DNA from: Octopus sinensis
Lineage: Eukaryota
Direction: 5' to 3'
DNA: 64,000 bases
Assembly: GCF_006345805.1 (NCBI RefSeq)
Contig: NC_043018.1
Span: 1,736,001-1,800,000, forward strand
Below the pieces are notes generated by a model. It was not told where the DNA came from, did not search any database, and saw only the letters and a program-made list of their open reading frames with translations. A program made the translations under genes and the position numbers. Shown here one piece after another: positions 25,577-38,620 of this stretch; position 1 is the stretch's first letter; each line of letters opens with the position of its first letter.

Positions 25577-26699
25577 TACAAAATACCGCCGCATATCTAC
25601 TTGAATATATACTAATCTATTCCTAAACACTTTCCAAGAATCTATTTTCGGAAAGCTGTAGGCAATATGTTTCGGGTTATAACTAGCTTATCCAATTATT
25701 AAATTCTATATGAATACCAGTTTAATTTGAAACGAAATCTCCCCGAGGCCAATATAGGTTCGATCCATCGCTACAATCATGGCTTCAGGATACTTTCCTT
25801 TAATAAACCACAAGAAAAAAAACAAAACAAAACAAATCCGAAAATAACTATAAAAGCTAACCAAAAAAAAACCGTTTTCAAGATTTATCTGGTTTTATTT
25901 TCCCCTCTTTCGATTTTTTTTTTGCCTTGATTTAAGGTCTCCGTTCCATGTAAATGAAATGGTATGTTTTCCATGCTTGGAGCGTCCTTACCCTTTAATA
26001 AACCACCACACAAATTATTGTTGTTGCTGTTTAGATCCATATTATGTCTAATGTTAGCAACTTGTTTGAGAATACATATCGCTGTTGTTGTTGTTGTGGT
26101 TCTCGGTCGTCCTCGCTCTTCCCCTCAATCGTGTAAACACAGAAAGGTCAATAGTAACCCCCCGCCGTCATCTATATATCTATATGTCATTTATAATTAT
26201 CCTTTTCTCACTTTATATTAGTTGTTGTTGTCGTTGTAGTTGTTGTTTTTGTTTAGATCCAGCCCAGTACCTGATCTAACGGAGCTACAATCAATAAAAT
26301 TCCAGCCTTGACCGCCACCGCTCTTTTAAAGACATAGTGTCCCCTGACGGCGAACTGGCAGAACTGTTAGAACGCTGAATGAAATACCTTCAGGTATTCC
26401 GAGTTCAAATCCTGCCGAAATCAGCTTTGCCTTTCATCCTTTCGGGGATCGAAAATAAGTAACACTGCAAGGGGATAGACCGATGGGAGTGTTAGACTTT
26501 AGGTAGGATGTCTTGCAGTATCTGTTTCTTGTGATATTTCTTCTGAACACATTGCGTTCGGGGTTCAAGTCTTGCCGATGTTTAAAGCCTTTGCCAGGAT
26601 GATGGACTCTCCCGTCGAGGACGACATATGCGTGTTCAGGTTTTGCCGGACGACCTGCGCAAATGTTTATAGGGATCAAATGTGTGCGCTGTACAGTAG

Positions 26700-27072
26700 C
26701 TCATCATTCATCATTGTTCGACCGTGGTCGAGACAATGGAATTTACCATGCTACGCCAGACTTCACGGTCCATCATGGTATTACGGAGGTCCTGTTGCTG
26801 GATGCCTGTATCCCTGGAGATTACATCTGGGTAGGAGAGTGTGCGCCCTCTGGTATTGCGAGTAGATGGCTTCCAGAGAAGGAGAGTAGAAATTACTTCT
26901 TTTTCAGCTCTACAACAATGTCCAGCAAACTGGACTCTCCTACCTTTCACAAGAGATGACACAGGTGGTAGTTTCCCATATATTTGCATTTTGGTTGGAT
27001 GGCGCTTCCACGAGAGATTTTGAGCTCTCATAAGGAGGCGAGTGTAGATTCCATCCAACCGCCTCTCAAACT
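26700..27072 (-). mobile_element. RTE-type LINE 3' fragment
   Basis: Open frame RLDGIYTRLLMRAQNLSWKRH...QFAGHCCR...LLWKP...DREVWRSMV; TGA-repeat tail. Confidence 0.85.
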
Positions 27073-28223
27073 CACTCCCTCCGTCAAATCGACGTTACCT
27101 GAACAGGTGCACCCAGGTGTACCACACGCCATGGGTCGAAGTGATTGCAGAGCAACGGCGAGTCGAAGTGTTTTGTACGAGAGCACAACACACCACCCGG
27201 TCTAGGAATTGAAACCAGGATCTCGCAATCATGAGTGCAACACCCTAACCACTAGGCTATGCGCCCTCTTTGCCAATATACACATAGCAAAATACGTGTA
27301 TGTGGGTATGTATGTAGGCATGTATGTATATGTGTGTGTATGTATGTATGTATGTATGTATGTATGTATGCATGCATGCATGCATGCATGTATGTATGTA
27401 TGTATGTATGTATGTATGTATGTATGTATGTATGTATGTATGTAGGCATGTATGTATGTATGCATGTATGTATGTATGTATGTATGTATGTATGTATGTA
27501 TGTATGTATGTATGTATGTATGTATGTATGTATGCATGCATGTATGTATGTATGCATGTATGTAGACATGTATGTGTGTATGTGTGTGTGCATGCATACA
27601 TGCATGTGACACAGATACTCAGAAATTCCAGGTTAGTGTTTGGATGCTGGAAGATCAGCGGGAGTGAGGAACACCTCACCGTTTTTTTGAAGCATGTCCC
27701 TCGGAGAATGTCACTGATATAAAACTGGATTCAAAGAATGTCAGTGTACACTTCGGGGATCTTTTGTCGGCACTTGAGGTCATGGAGCTGCCACATTGGG
27801 ATCCATATAAATATCTTGTCCCGACTTACCTTTGGATCCTCTCAGAAGGGTAGAAAGTGTCTGTGAGGTGCCGTGCAAGCTTTATTGGACCTAAAATTTG
27901 GCACATGCATTGCTGATATTTTGCAGGGACATTGCGGCTTGAGTGCATAATCAATATTCTTAATGGTCAGTGACTACAAGTGGATAATTCCATCCACTGG
28001 ATAGGACGCGAGTCTGTTGTAGGGTTATACTTTCTTACAACTGTGTGGACTACAGCAATGTGAAATAAAATGTTCTGTTCAAGGGAACACGACGTACCAC
28101 CTAGTCTGCAAATCAAAAACCATGATTGCAAGATCTTGGGTGCAGCACCCCACCACTCCAACCCTCTAGGCCCCATACCCTCATCGTCCTTAAACATTGA
28201 AATGAATCATAATCGAGACTTAC

Positions 28224-28292
28224 CTCAATAAATCTCTTGCTTCAAGAACTTCATTAGAATTCATTTTAAGACCATGGATAAACATATCAGTT
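28224..28292 (-). CDS. Cadherin exon 11: (K)TDMFIHGLKMNSNEVLEARDLL
   Basis: cttcag acceptor, AG|gtaagt donor, 69 nt phase 2->2; TDMFIHG motif typical of this domain. Confidence 0.88.
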
Positions 28293-28459
28293 CTGAAGAA
28301 AAATAAACACGAAATAGAAAAACATTAGAATCGATAAATATATTTAGAACACGTTCTGTGTGACATGTATAGGATCGATTTCTTGACCTCTAGTCGCTGT
28401 TGTTGGTGTTTAATCTGAAGAAGGCTCTCACGGAGCAGAATTATAATCAAACACGGTTG

Positions 28460-29690
28460 AGCAATGACTCAACGCTCCACTCAGCGACTTTTCACTCAAT
28501 GCCAACTCATTCAAAGACATGTTAATAAACGAGACTTACTCAACAACAATTCAGTCAGTGACATTTACTCAACAGTAAACGACACTCCACTTGAGACATT
28601 CCACTCAACGGCATGTCACTCAACAATACTTCGCTCAACAATTCTCCACTCAGTTACATCTCAATGAAGAATACTTTACTCAAAAATCTCTAACGATATT
28701 TCACTCCACGATACATCAACTCAAAGACTCTCCACTCAGACACTCAGTGACACTCCAATCAAAGCCAATCCACGCAATGACGCTCCACTCAATGATACTT
28801 CACTCCACCACACTCTACCAAATAACACTCCACTCAACCACACTCCACTCAGTGACATTTTGCTCAACGATACTCCACTCAAAGACACCTTACTTGCAAC
28901 GACACTTTATTCAAGACGCACTACTCAACCATTCTCCACTTAGCAACACTTTACTCAACATCTCAATCTACGACGCCTGCTCAACAATAATTTAACAACA
29001 CTCTCCTCCACGCCACCTCACTCAATAACACCACATTAGATGACACTTCACTCAACGGTACCTCATTCAACAAAACCTCACTCAATGACACCTCACTCAA
29101 CAACACCTCACTCAACCATACTTCACTCATCAACACCTCACTCAACGACACTTCCCTCAACGACGCCTCATTCAATGGCACTTCACTCAACGGTACGTCG
29201 TTCAACAACACCTCACTCAGTGACAACTCGTGACACCTCATTCAACCATACTTCATTCATCGACGATACTTCACTCAACAATCCTTCACTCAACGACGCC
29301 TCACTCAATAGCACTTCACTGAACAACGCTTCACTCAACGACACCTCTTTCAATGACACCTGACCCCTCAACGACACCTCATTCGACGACACCTCACTCA
29401 ACGACACCTCATTCAATGACACTTCACTCAATGACATCTCACTCAATGACACCTCACTCAACGACACCTCAATCGACGACACCTCACTCAACGACACCTC
29501 TTTCAATGACACCTCACCCCCCAACGACACCTCATTCGATGACACCTCACGCAACGACACCTCATTCAATGACACTTCACTCAACGACACCTCTTTCAAT
29601 GACACCTCACCCCTCAACGACACCTCATTCGATGACACCTCACGCAACGACACCTCATTCAACGACACTTCACTCAGTGATATGAGAATG
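28460..29690. repeat. 15-bp minisatellite (TCACTCAACGACACC)n in the intron between exons 10 and 11
   Basis: Homogeneous at 29040-29690, progressively decayed toward 28460. Confidence 0.9.
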
Positions 29691-29731
29691 ACATCCACAT
29701 AAAATATCTAAAAAAAAGGCTTAATTCTTAC

Positions 29732-29818
29732 TTTTTCAGATCTGGTTCTCCATTTGGGTTTTGGTGTGTTTTAATTCTGTCAATAATTATATTCAGACCA
29801 GTGATGTTTTGTAAACGA
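29732..29818 (-). CDS. Cadherin exon 10: (D)RLQNITGLNIIIDRIKTHQNPNGEPDLK
   Basis: ttccag acceptor after a CT tract, AA|gtaaga donor, 87 nt phase 2->2. Confidence 0.88.
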
Positions 29819-29882
29819 CTGGAATAGAGAGAGAGAGGAAGAGAAAGAGATGGAAAGGATGAGTGAACGATAGATAGATATG

Positions 29883-30093
29883 TTTCTTTATTACCCACAA
29901 GGGGCTAAACATAGAGGAGACAAACAAGGACAGACAAACGAACTAAGTCGATTACATCGACCCCATTGTGTAACTGGCACTTAATTAATCGACCCCGAAA
30001 GGATGAAAGGCAAGTCGACCTCGGCGGAATTTGAACTCAGAACGTAACGGCTACGCATTTCGCCCGGCGTGCTAACGGTTCTGCCAGCTCGCC
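29883..30093 (-). mobile_element. SINE family B
   Basis: Same consensus as 54456-54685; other copies at ~6070-6400, 8690-9060, 19990-20650, 44790-44940, 56960-57450. Confidence 0.85.
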
Positions 30094-30209
30094 ATAGATA
30101 GATAGATAGATAGATAGAAAAAGTGAGGGGGAGAGAGAGAGAAAGAAAGAATGAGTAAGTGAGGGATAGAGATAGAAAGATAAATAGAGAGACAGAGAGG
30201 GAGAGGGAG

Positions 30210-30540
30210 AGAGAGAAAGATTAAGGATGAGAGAGAGATAGAGAAAGAAAGAGAGATTAAGGATGAGAGAAAGAGAGAAAAATTAAGAATGAGAGAGAGA
30301 GAAAGGGAGAGAGAGACAGATCAAAGATGAGGGAGAGAGAGAAAGAGGAAGAAAGATTAAGGATGAGAGAGAGAGAGAGAGAAAGATTAAGGATGAGAGA
30401 GAGATAGAGAGAGAAAGATTAAGGATGAGAGAGAGAGAGAAAGAAAGATTAAGGATGAGAGAGTGAGAGAGAGAGAAAGATTAAGGATGAGAGAGGGAGA
30501 GAGAGAAAGAAAGATTAAGGATGAGAGAGTGAGAGAGAGA
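30210..30540. repeat. Compound minisatellite AAAGATTAAGGATG+(AG)n, ~9 copies
   Basis: Constant core with variable (AG)n. Confidence 0.85.
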
Positions 30541-31189
30541 GACCCTTAAAAAAAGAGACCTTTAGGAAAAGTAGCAGAATGAAAATAAACGCCGGGGTCG
30601 ATTTGGTTAAAAAGACTATTCAATAAAGTGCCCCAGCATGGCCGTAATCAAATGGCCAAAACAAGCAGGAGAATAAAAGAATAAAAGAGCAAACGATAAA
30701 AGAATAACGGAATAAAGACTAAAGAATTATTGGTTATTGAAAGGGACGATTGATTAATAAAATAGTTGTAACGAGTTAAAGAGCGGCCATTTGTTATTGG
30801 AATGGTTAAAAGTAATTGAGGAATTATTGGTTGGAATCAGTTCACAGTGAATTAGGTTGGGGAAAAAAAGTGAAGAATATAAGTTGATTAGTCAAAAGTG
30901 ATGCCACGTAAAAAAAAAAGAAAAAAGAAAAAGAGGACAAAACGAAGAAAACCGATAACAACAACAAAAAATATAATAGATAAAAATAAAGAAAAACAAA
31001 AAAAATGAAGAGAAGTTGTAGCAGAATATATTGTGACGTCAGAAGAGAGAGATCTATATCAGAGGAAAATCTAAATATGGTTAAAACATAAAAATAATGA
31101 AAAAACAAAAACAAAACAAAACAAAACAAATACCCCACCAAACAAATCAGACACAAATCTAAAGAACTTCGTTACTTAAGAAACAACTT

Positions 31190-31259
<70 letters not shown>

Positions 31260-31687
31260 GTATATATATATGTAGGGAGAGTTTACGAAAAAATAACAGA
31301 CGAAGACAGGTGGTGTACAAAACAAACAGATGTATTAGTATAACGCTCAGGAATAGAAACTGTCTTTTACGTTTCGAGCCTACGTTCTTCTAGAGAAAGG
31401 GACACAGAAAAAAACAAGGAGAGAAAAAATGTATGTAGTGGCTAACGATCTATCATGCCGACTATATATATTATATATAATATATATGTATATATATATG
31501 TAGGGAGAGTTTACGAAAAAATAACAGACGAAGACAGGTGGTGTACAAAACAAACAGATGTATTAGTATAACGCTCAGGAATAGAAACTGTCTTTTACGT
31601 TTCGAGCCTACGTTCTTCTAGAGAAAGGGACACAGAAAAAAACAAGGAGAGAAAAAATGTATGTAGTGGCTAACGATCTATCATGCC

Positions 31688-31741
<54 letters not shown>

Positions 31742-32007
31742 GTATATGTAACACCCTGAGGGGTGACATTGTTTATGAATTGTGTGGAGTTGTCAATGGA
31801 ATTCTGGAAACTAGGACAACTCAAGAAAACAAGAAAAACATGGAAAGAAAAAAGGAAACAAAATAGATAAAAACCGAAAAATTAAAAAAAAAGTCTAATT
31901 ATGAATGGAAATTAAGACAAAAACTATCTTATTTGGAAAGCATGAAAAATTATAACACAAGTATAAGAAAATATATAAAGAATATTCATATATACTGTTA
32001 TATATAT

Positions 32008-32165
32008 GCAGTAACGCCTCGATATACGAGTTTATTTGTTCCTGCAGACAGTTCGTAAAGCGAAAACTCGTAAAGCGAAAAATCGTAAAACAGAGCGATA
32101 ATTTCCCATAGTAGCAATGTTATGAATTGTAATTCGTTCCCTGAAAAATATTTTACCTATAAAAT
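32008..32165 (+). mobile_element. Tigger/pogo-like MITE left end, interrupted by a SINE
   Basis: Begins CAGTAACGCCTCGATATACG with repeated CGTAAAGCGAAAA subterminal motifs. Confidence 0.4.
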
Positions 32166-32180
32166 TTATAATACTCGTAA

Positions 32181-32577
32181 GGAGCACTCCGTCGGTTACG
32201 ACGATGAGGAGGGTCCCTGTTGATACGATCAACGGAACAGTTTGCTCGTGAAATTAACGTGCAAGTGACTGAGCAATCCACAGGCACGTGTACCCTTAAC
32301 GTAGTTCTCGGGGAGATTCAGCGTGACGCAGAGTGTAACAAGGCCAGCCCTTTGAAGTACAGGTACAACTCATTTGTGCCAGCTGAGTGGACTGGAGCAA
32401 CGTGAAATAAAGTGTCTTGCTCAAGGACACAACACGTTTGCCGGGAATTGAACTCACGACCTTACAATCGTGAGCCGAATTCCCTAACCACTAAGCCAGG
32501 CGCCTTCACAGAAAAAAAAGTTTGTTTCTGTGGAATTTGAACTCTCTTAGCAGAAATCGGGACAAATACTCGGCCAC
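32181..32577 (-). mobile_element. SINE family C with an extra 68-bp 5' module, inside a 15-bp direct repeat
   Basis: TTATAATACTCGTAA at 32166-32180 and 32578-32592. Confidence 0.75.
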
Positions 32578-32681
32578 TTATAATACTCGTAAACAAAAGG
32601 CAATAAAACAACAGTAGAATGTAATGAATAGCTTATGTAAAGTACAAAGAAGGAAAAGATCATTTATAACAAGAAATATTA

Positions 32682-33054
32682 TTATTACCGCCACCTTAGC
32701 GAGGGCAGAGGTATTGTTTTCAGTCGTGTTTGTTTGTTTGTTTATCCGTGGACAAGATATCTCAAGAACCGCTGGATGGATTTGGATTAAACTTCCAGGG
32801 ATGTTTGGCCTCGTGACTGGCACGAACTGATTAGATTTTGGGATCGATTCCTTACCGGACAAGGATTCTGAATTATTTTTCTTGTTGTTTTACTTAATTT
32901 TTGAAAGGGGTCGGGTTCACTTTTAGTATTCTCGTTTGTGAGAGAAGTCGAGCTTATTCCAGATATTCTCATTTTAAAAATCATCTCTGGCTAATCATCG
33001 AGAGGACGTTGGTGTTGCCTTGGCGGAGGTTTGCGCTCTCTGAGTGCTTTTGTT
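32682..33054 (+). mobile_element. Helentron-associated (HINE/DINE-like) non-autonomous element
   Basis: 5' TTATTACCGCC...GAGGTATTGTTTTC plus (GTTT)n; 3' CCTTGGCGGAGGT followed by GCGCTC-TCT-GAGTGC hairpin and TT end. Confidence 0.55.
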
Positions 33055-33311
33055 ATAACTGCTTTCTGCATCACTTTCACTCACATTAACCTCGCGTACA
33101 CTATCACTTGCAGACGTGATTGCTGATTCACAAGCACTCTTAGACGGACTATTTTCCCCTTTCTATAAAATTTCTCGGTAACACGCAGAAGCATTTGTTT
33201 TAGTAGAAGAAACTTTTGCACTCCGTTAAAAAATTTGGGCCTTAAAACCTATTTATCTCTCTGGATGGAATACCTTTTTGTTGATCTTACCTTAACGGAA
33301 TGGTAAACTAA

Positions 33312-33364
<53 letters not shown>

Positions 33365-34209
33365 ATATATATATATTTCTGTAGAAGAGCGTAGGCTCGA
33401 AACGTAAAAGACTTTTTCTATTCCTGAGCGTTATACTAATATATCTGTTTGTTTTGTACACCACCTGTCTTCGTCATTTGTTTTTGTCGTGAACTCTCCC
33501 TATATATATATATAAGTTTAAAGAGCACAAACACACACATACTCACACACATACTCACACACACTCACACATGCACACAGACACGCACATGTGTGAGTGT
33601 ATTATACATATATATATGTAGGTGCATGTATGTATATATATATATATATTATTATTATTATTATTATGTGTATATACATATACATTTTTGCGTTTGGTAT
33701 GGTGTTGCATCTGTGCATATATATATATATGTATAATACACTCACACATGTGCGTGTCTGTGTGCATGTGTGAGTGTGTGTGAGTATGTGTGTGAGTATG
33801 TGTGTGTTTGTGCTCTTTAAACTTTTTGTATATGCTAAGTCTCAAGGGTGCTACAGTCAAAGTAGATCAACACTATAACACTGTGCTGATGACGCCATAA
33901 AGGTAGAAGCATGCATTTACAATTGTCCCAATTGTCTCCACAAATAACAGGACAAACTGTTTATTTCTTAACGCCATGTCAATTCAACAGAATGTTTGAT
34001 TAATTGGAAATGATCTCTCCTTCTTATTCAGACTAGGTGATAATTTCCACTAGGTGTTTGTTTACTTTTCTCCTGTCATGGAAGATTATTTCAAATAATA
34101 TGATGCATGATATGTAGCATATACTTCTTTAGGTTTATTATTGAAATTCACCTCCACTGACCACTCTTGTGTTATCCCCCCCCAGCTCATTTACTATTAT
34201 TATCATCCA

Positions 34210-34242
<33 letters not shown>

Positions 34243-34442
34243 AGCCACCACTACCACCATCACCACCACCACCACCACCACCACCACCACCACCACCACC
34301 ACCACCATTACCACCACCACTACTGCTACTACTACTACTGAAACTGCATGTAGCTATTATCACCACCACTATCACCCCTACTAACACCATCTCCACCACC
34401 CCAACACTTCCACCACCACATCACCCACTACTACTACTACTT

Positions 34443-34486
<44 letters not shown>

Positions 34487-34856
34487 GCTACTACTACTAC
34501 TACTACTACCACTTATAACGATCATCACCTCCATGACTAGCACTCTAAGGAATAAGGTTAATACTCTCGGCCTTGCTATCGCTAGTACCAACTCTACCTT
34601 TACGAAAACCACTACCACCACCACCACCATCACCCATTCTACAAAATTACAAACCACTGATTTTTGGCGTATTTCCGAGTACCTCCAGTAATGAATCGTA
34701 TGCTGCTGCGTACGTTGTTGCAGGAACGACAGCAGCAATAATATTAACAACAACAATAAATACAAAACGGACTGGAATATACCAAGAATAAATACAAAAT
34801 AAAACAATAAATAAAACAAGAATAAATACAAAATGGACTGGAATATACCAACTTAC

Positions 34857-34945
34857 TCTAGAAAATCTTCCTTGATTCTTTGCACGTCTAATGGCGGTCT
34901 GCGAAATATTACCTTCAATCTCTGGCTATCACTGACAAAGTTTAT
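34857..34945 (-). CDS. Cadherin exon 9 (membrane-adjacent domain): INFVSDSQRLKVIFRRPPLDVQRIKEDFL
   Basis: ttccag acceptor, GA|gtaagt donor, 89 nt phase 0->2; resembles the 'D.QRVK' start of the Cad87A/CDH23 juxtamembrane domain. Confidence 0.88.
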
Positions 34946-35308
34946 CTGGAAAACAACCAATCAGAAATCGTTTAATTAGAACCAATGTAAAATTGCTTTC
35001 GCTTGGAGCAACAAAAACACTATTTTAATACAACCAATCAAATTCAGCTTCTTTTCGACCAGTGGTTTTTCAACCGGGGGTTCATAAATGATTTTTTTTG
35101 TGGGTGGGTGGGTGGGAGTTTCCATGAAAGCAAATTTGTAAATTGTCCCCCCCCCCTTCCCGGTCCACAAAGTTCTATTTTAAGGGTCCGTGAAACATTT
35201 TTGATTTTAAAGTACATATTGCAAGGAACAGCAAACATTTTTTTTCCCAACGTTTTACATAGTTCAACCGACAGAAGTTGATGTATGAAAAACAAAAGTT
35301 TCCATTGT

Positions 35309-35401
<93 letters not shown>

Positions 35402-35402
35402 A

Positions 35403-35441
<39 letters not shown>

Positions 35442-35624
35442 TTTTATCCATCCATACATCCATGTATGTATGTATGTATGTATATATGTATGTATGTATG
35501 TATGTATGTAGGCATATATGTATGCATGTATGTATGTAGGCATATATGTATGCGTGTGTATATCTATATGTATATGTATGTATCTATCTATCCATCTATC
35601 TATCTTCATCCATCCATACATCAC

Positions 35625-35655
<31 letters not shown>

Positions 35656-35752
35656 CTGCCCGTATGTCCGTCTGTCCATCTATCTGTCTGTCTGTCCGTC
35701 TGCCTGTCTACCTACCTACCTACCTACCTACCTACCTACCTACCCACCCACC

Positions 35753-35901
<149 letters not shown>

Positions 35902-35904
35902 TTA

Positions 35905-35937
<33 letters not shown>

Positions 35938-36120
35938 CTCTATCTATCTATTAGATGTAACTGGTTGGTTTAAAGAGTTGCGTTAGTTGTAGTCGACTGT
36001 GTTAATCCAATTCTTACCGGTGTTAGAAAGACAGAAATCACAACAATATTAAAATAACGTTGACGAAATGATGTTGATGCTGCAACTGTTGATAAGGATT
36101 ATAATGATGATGGTGACGAA

Positions 36121-36152
<32 letters not shown>

Positions 36153-37190
36153 CAACGATGATGATTGTGTTGCGATTACATCAAAGGAAACAGACTGCCA
36201 CAATAACCATATATTTAAATCCCAGCGGTCGATCTATACAGTCAAATGTAACCAGCGTATCTAGAATCAGGAAGCAAAAAGTTGGAGACTGTGAGTCTCA
36301 TTAGCAGTTGGTCGAATCCCATAATCTGAATAAATCTTTTTAACGCCCTTAAAAAGAAACAAACAAAAACCGAAAGCAAAACAAAACAAAAAAATATATA
36401 TAAAACAGACCATGTACAGATTGCAATGAATTTGCCATGGCTACATCGACTGGAAATCAAAGCCTCTCTTTTGTAGTGGACACATCAAAGAAGCCTATTA
36501 ACTACAGTTGTGTAATGAACCTTTTGGAGTTGCTTATATTCTCTATACGTTGCCTTCATCGAGTCAGAAACGGAAAGTGAAAAAATATAAATAATGATGA
36601 GAGAGATTATTGCTAATAAAACGTATGATTACAAAGATATTGATTTCTAACATGGATACACGATGCCCTGAGAGTTTTATGGGTAGGGGTACCGTACAAA
36701 TCCAGAACATCGCTGGTGTTTTATTTTATCGACTCCGTAAACATGAAATTTCAAAGTTGCTCTCGGCGGTATTTTAATACAGAATGTAGACAGACGTAAC
36801 AAAATACCGCACAATTTATTGTTACCTGCTCCACAGACTCTTATTTAGATTGTTTGGTGTTTTATTTTTTTAAAGATCTATCTTCTCGGTTGATGCGATT
36901 CGAACCGCTCACTAGCAGAGTTTTATTCTGCTAGTGACAGACGATTTTCCGGTCGAATCAACGAAACGATGTCCTCCATTAGTTTTTCAAACAGCTCATA
37001 TTATTTGTCGGTCAAAACTCGTCTACGGTGTCGCAGGTCTTCGGTGACAGAGCAGGATTTGAATACTAATGCAAATAACAAGACATTAACAACATGTCTT
37101 TCGACTAAGGCCGAATTAAATTAAACTGGTGTGTGCGGAAGTGAAGGCTTACGGAAGGGACACACACACACACACACTCACACACACACA

Positions 37191-37235
<45 letters not shown>

Positions 37236-37501
37236 TATATATATATAAATATATATATGTCGATCGTTGCTATTATGCAAAAGTGTCGTAAGTCCAAAAC
37301 GTTGTTCTTTTTCATAAAAAAAACCCGGGAAAATAGTTTCACCACTCTAAAACAAAACCGTTGTACTACACTTTGATAATTTTTGATACTTGGCATCTGA
37401 AGCAGCTGGAGATACGATAGTTTGACCAAAAGAAGAGACTAATGAGAAAAAAAACGCATTTGGCTAAATTGGACATACGACAGTTTAACATAATAGCAAC
37501 G

Positions 37502-37556
<55 letters not shown>

Positions 37557-37592
37557 TCGAACCTCTCATTAGCAGAGCTTTATATAATATAT

Positions 37593-37629
<37 letters not shown>

Positions 37630-37770
37630 CTATTATATAATATATATATATATATATAAAGCTCTGCTAGTGAGAGGTTCGAATAGCATCTACCGAGAAG
37701 ATAGATCTTAAAAAAAAAAATAAAACAGCAAACAATCTAAATAAGAGAAATAGATAGGAAGACTACTCAC

Positions 37771-38028
37771 CGTTAAGTTAGCGATGTCTGAGTTATGTCG
37801 GCTGTCCGTTACTAGGACAGGCAACACGAAGGAACCATGCATGTTCGCCTGAAAGAACATATTGGTTATCACAGAACCGTTGCTATTCACAATAAATGGC
37901 TGACGCGTCTTGTTGGTGACGGGGTCACGTGACATCAACTTCTTGAGGCCATCACTAATCCGAATATTCCCAAACTGCTTGAAAGTATGGACTGAGTTGT
38001 TACCAATATCGGGATCGTCCACTTCATA
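37771..38028 (-). CDS. Cadherin exon 8 (last, degenerate EC repeat): YEVDDPDIGNNS...SDIANLT
   Basis: ttccag acceptor, ACG|gtgagt donor, 258 nt phase 0->0. Confidence 0.92.
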
Positions 38029-38192
38029 CTGGAAACGATGACGACGATGAGAAAAGAGAAAAAAAGGAAAAGAATGTGGAGACAAGTTTTGTTTGTTGAA
38101 GGAAAAACAAGTCCAATAAAAAAAGACAATAACAACGAGAATAATAAGTGTACATAGTCTGTAGTTGCTAGATCTTCTAGAAATAATACACA

Positions 38193-38620
38193 TGGCGCAG
38201 GAGTGGCTGTGTGGTAAGTAGCTTGCTTACCAACCACATGGTTCCGGGTTCAGTCCCAATGCGTGGCAATTTGGGCAAATGTCTTCTACTGTAGCCTCGG
38301 GCCGACCAAAGCCTTGTGAGTGGATTTGGTAGACGGAAACTGAAAGAAGCCCGTCGTATATATGTATATATATATGTATATATGTGTTGTGTGTGTGTTT
38401 GTGTTGTGTGTCTGTGTTTGTCCCCCCTAGCATTGCTTGACAACCGATGCTGGTGTGTTTATGTCCCCGTCACTTAGCGGTTCGGCAAAAGAGACCGATA
38501 GAATAAGTACTGGGCTTACAAAGAATAAGTCCCGGGGTCGAGTTGCTCGACTAAAGGTGGTGCTCCAGCATGGCCGCAGTCAAATGACTGAAACAAGTAA
38601 AAGAAAAAAAAAAGAAAAAG
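38193..38620 (+). mobile_element. tRNA-derived SINE, family A, full length
   Basis: Same consensus as 10591-11011; lies ~165 nt upstream of the exon 8 acceptor. Confidence 0.9.

Noticed and set aside
28413-28460. CUGAAGA-A-GGCUC(UCACG)GAGCA-GAAU hammerhead-like string (similar decayed strings at ~36935-36985 and ~37665-37690)
   Set aside because: GAAA and/or core positions are mutated and stem I is absent; too degenerate to call, at best decayed relatives.
33085-33162. 78-nt phase 2->2 cassette-exon candidate between exons 9 and 10 (KGKIVRLRVLVNQQSRLQVIVYARL)
   Set aside because: The donor is good but the acceptor is weak, and exons 9-10 already join into an uninterrupted family-like domain; needs RNA evidence.
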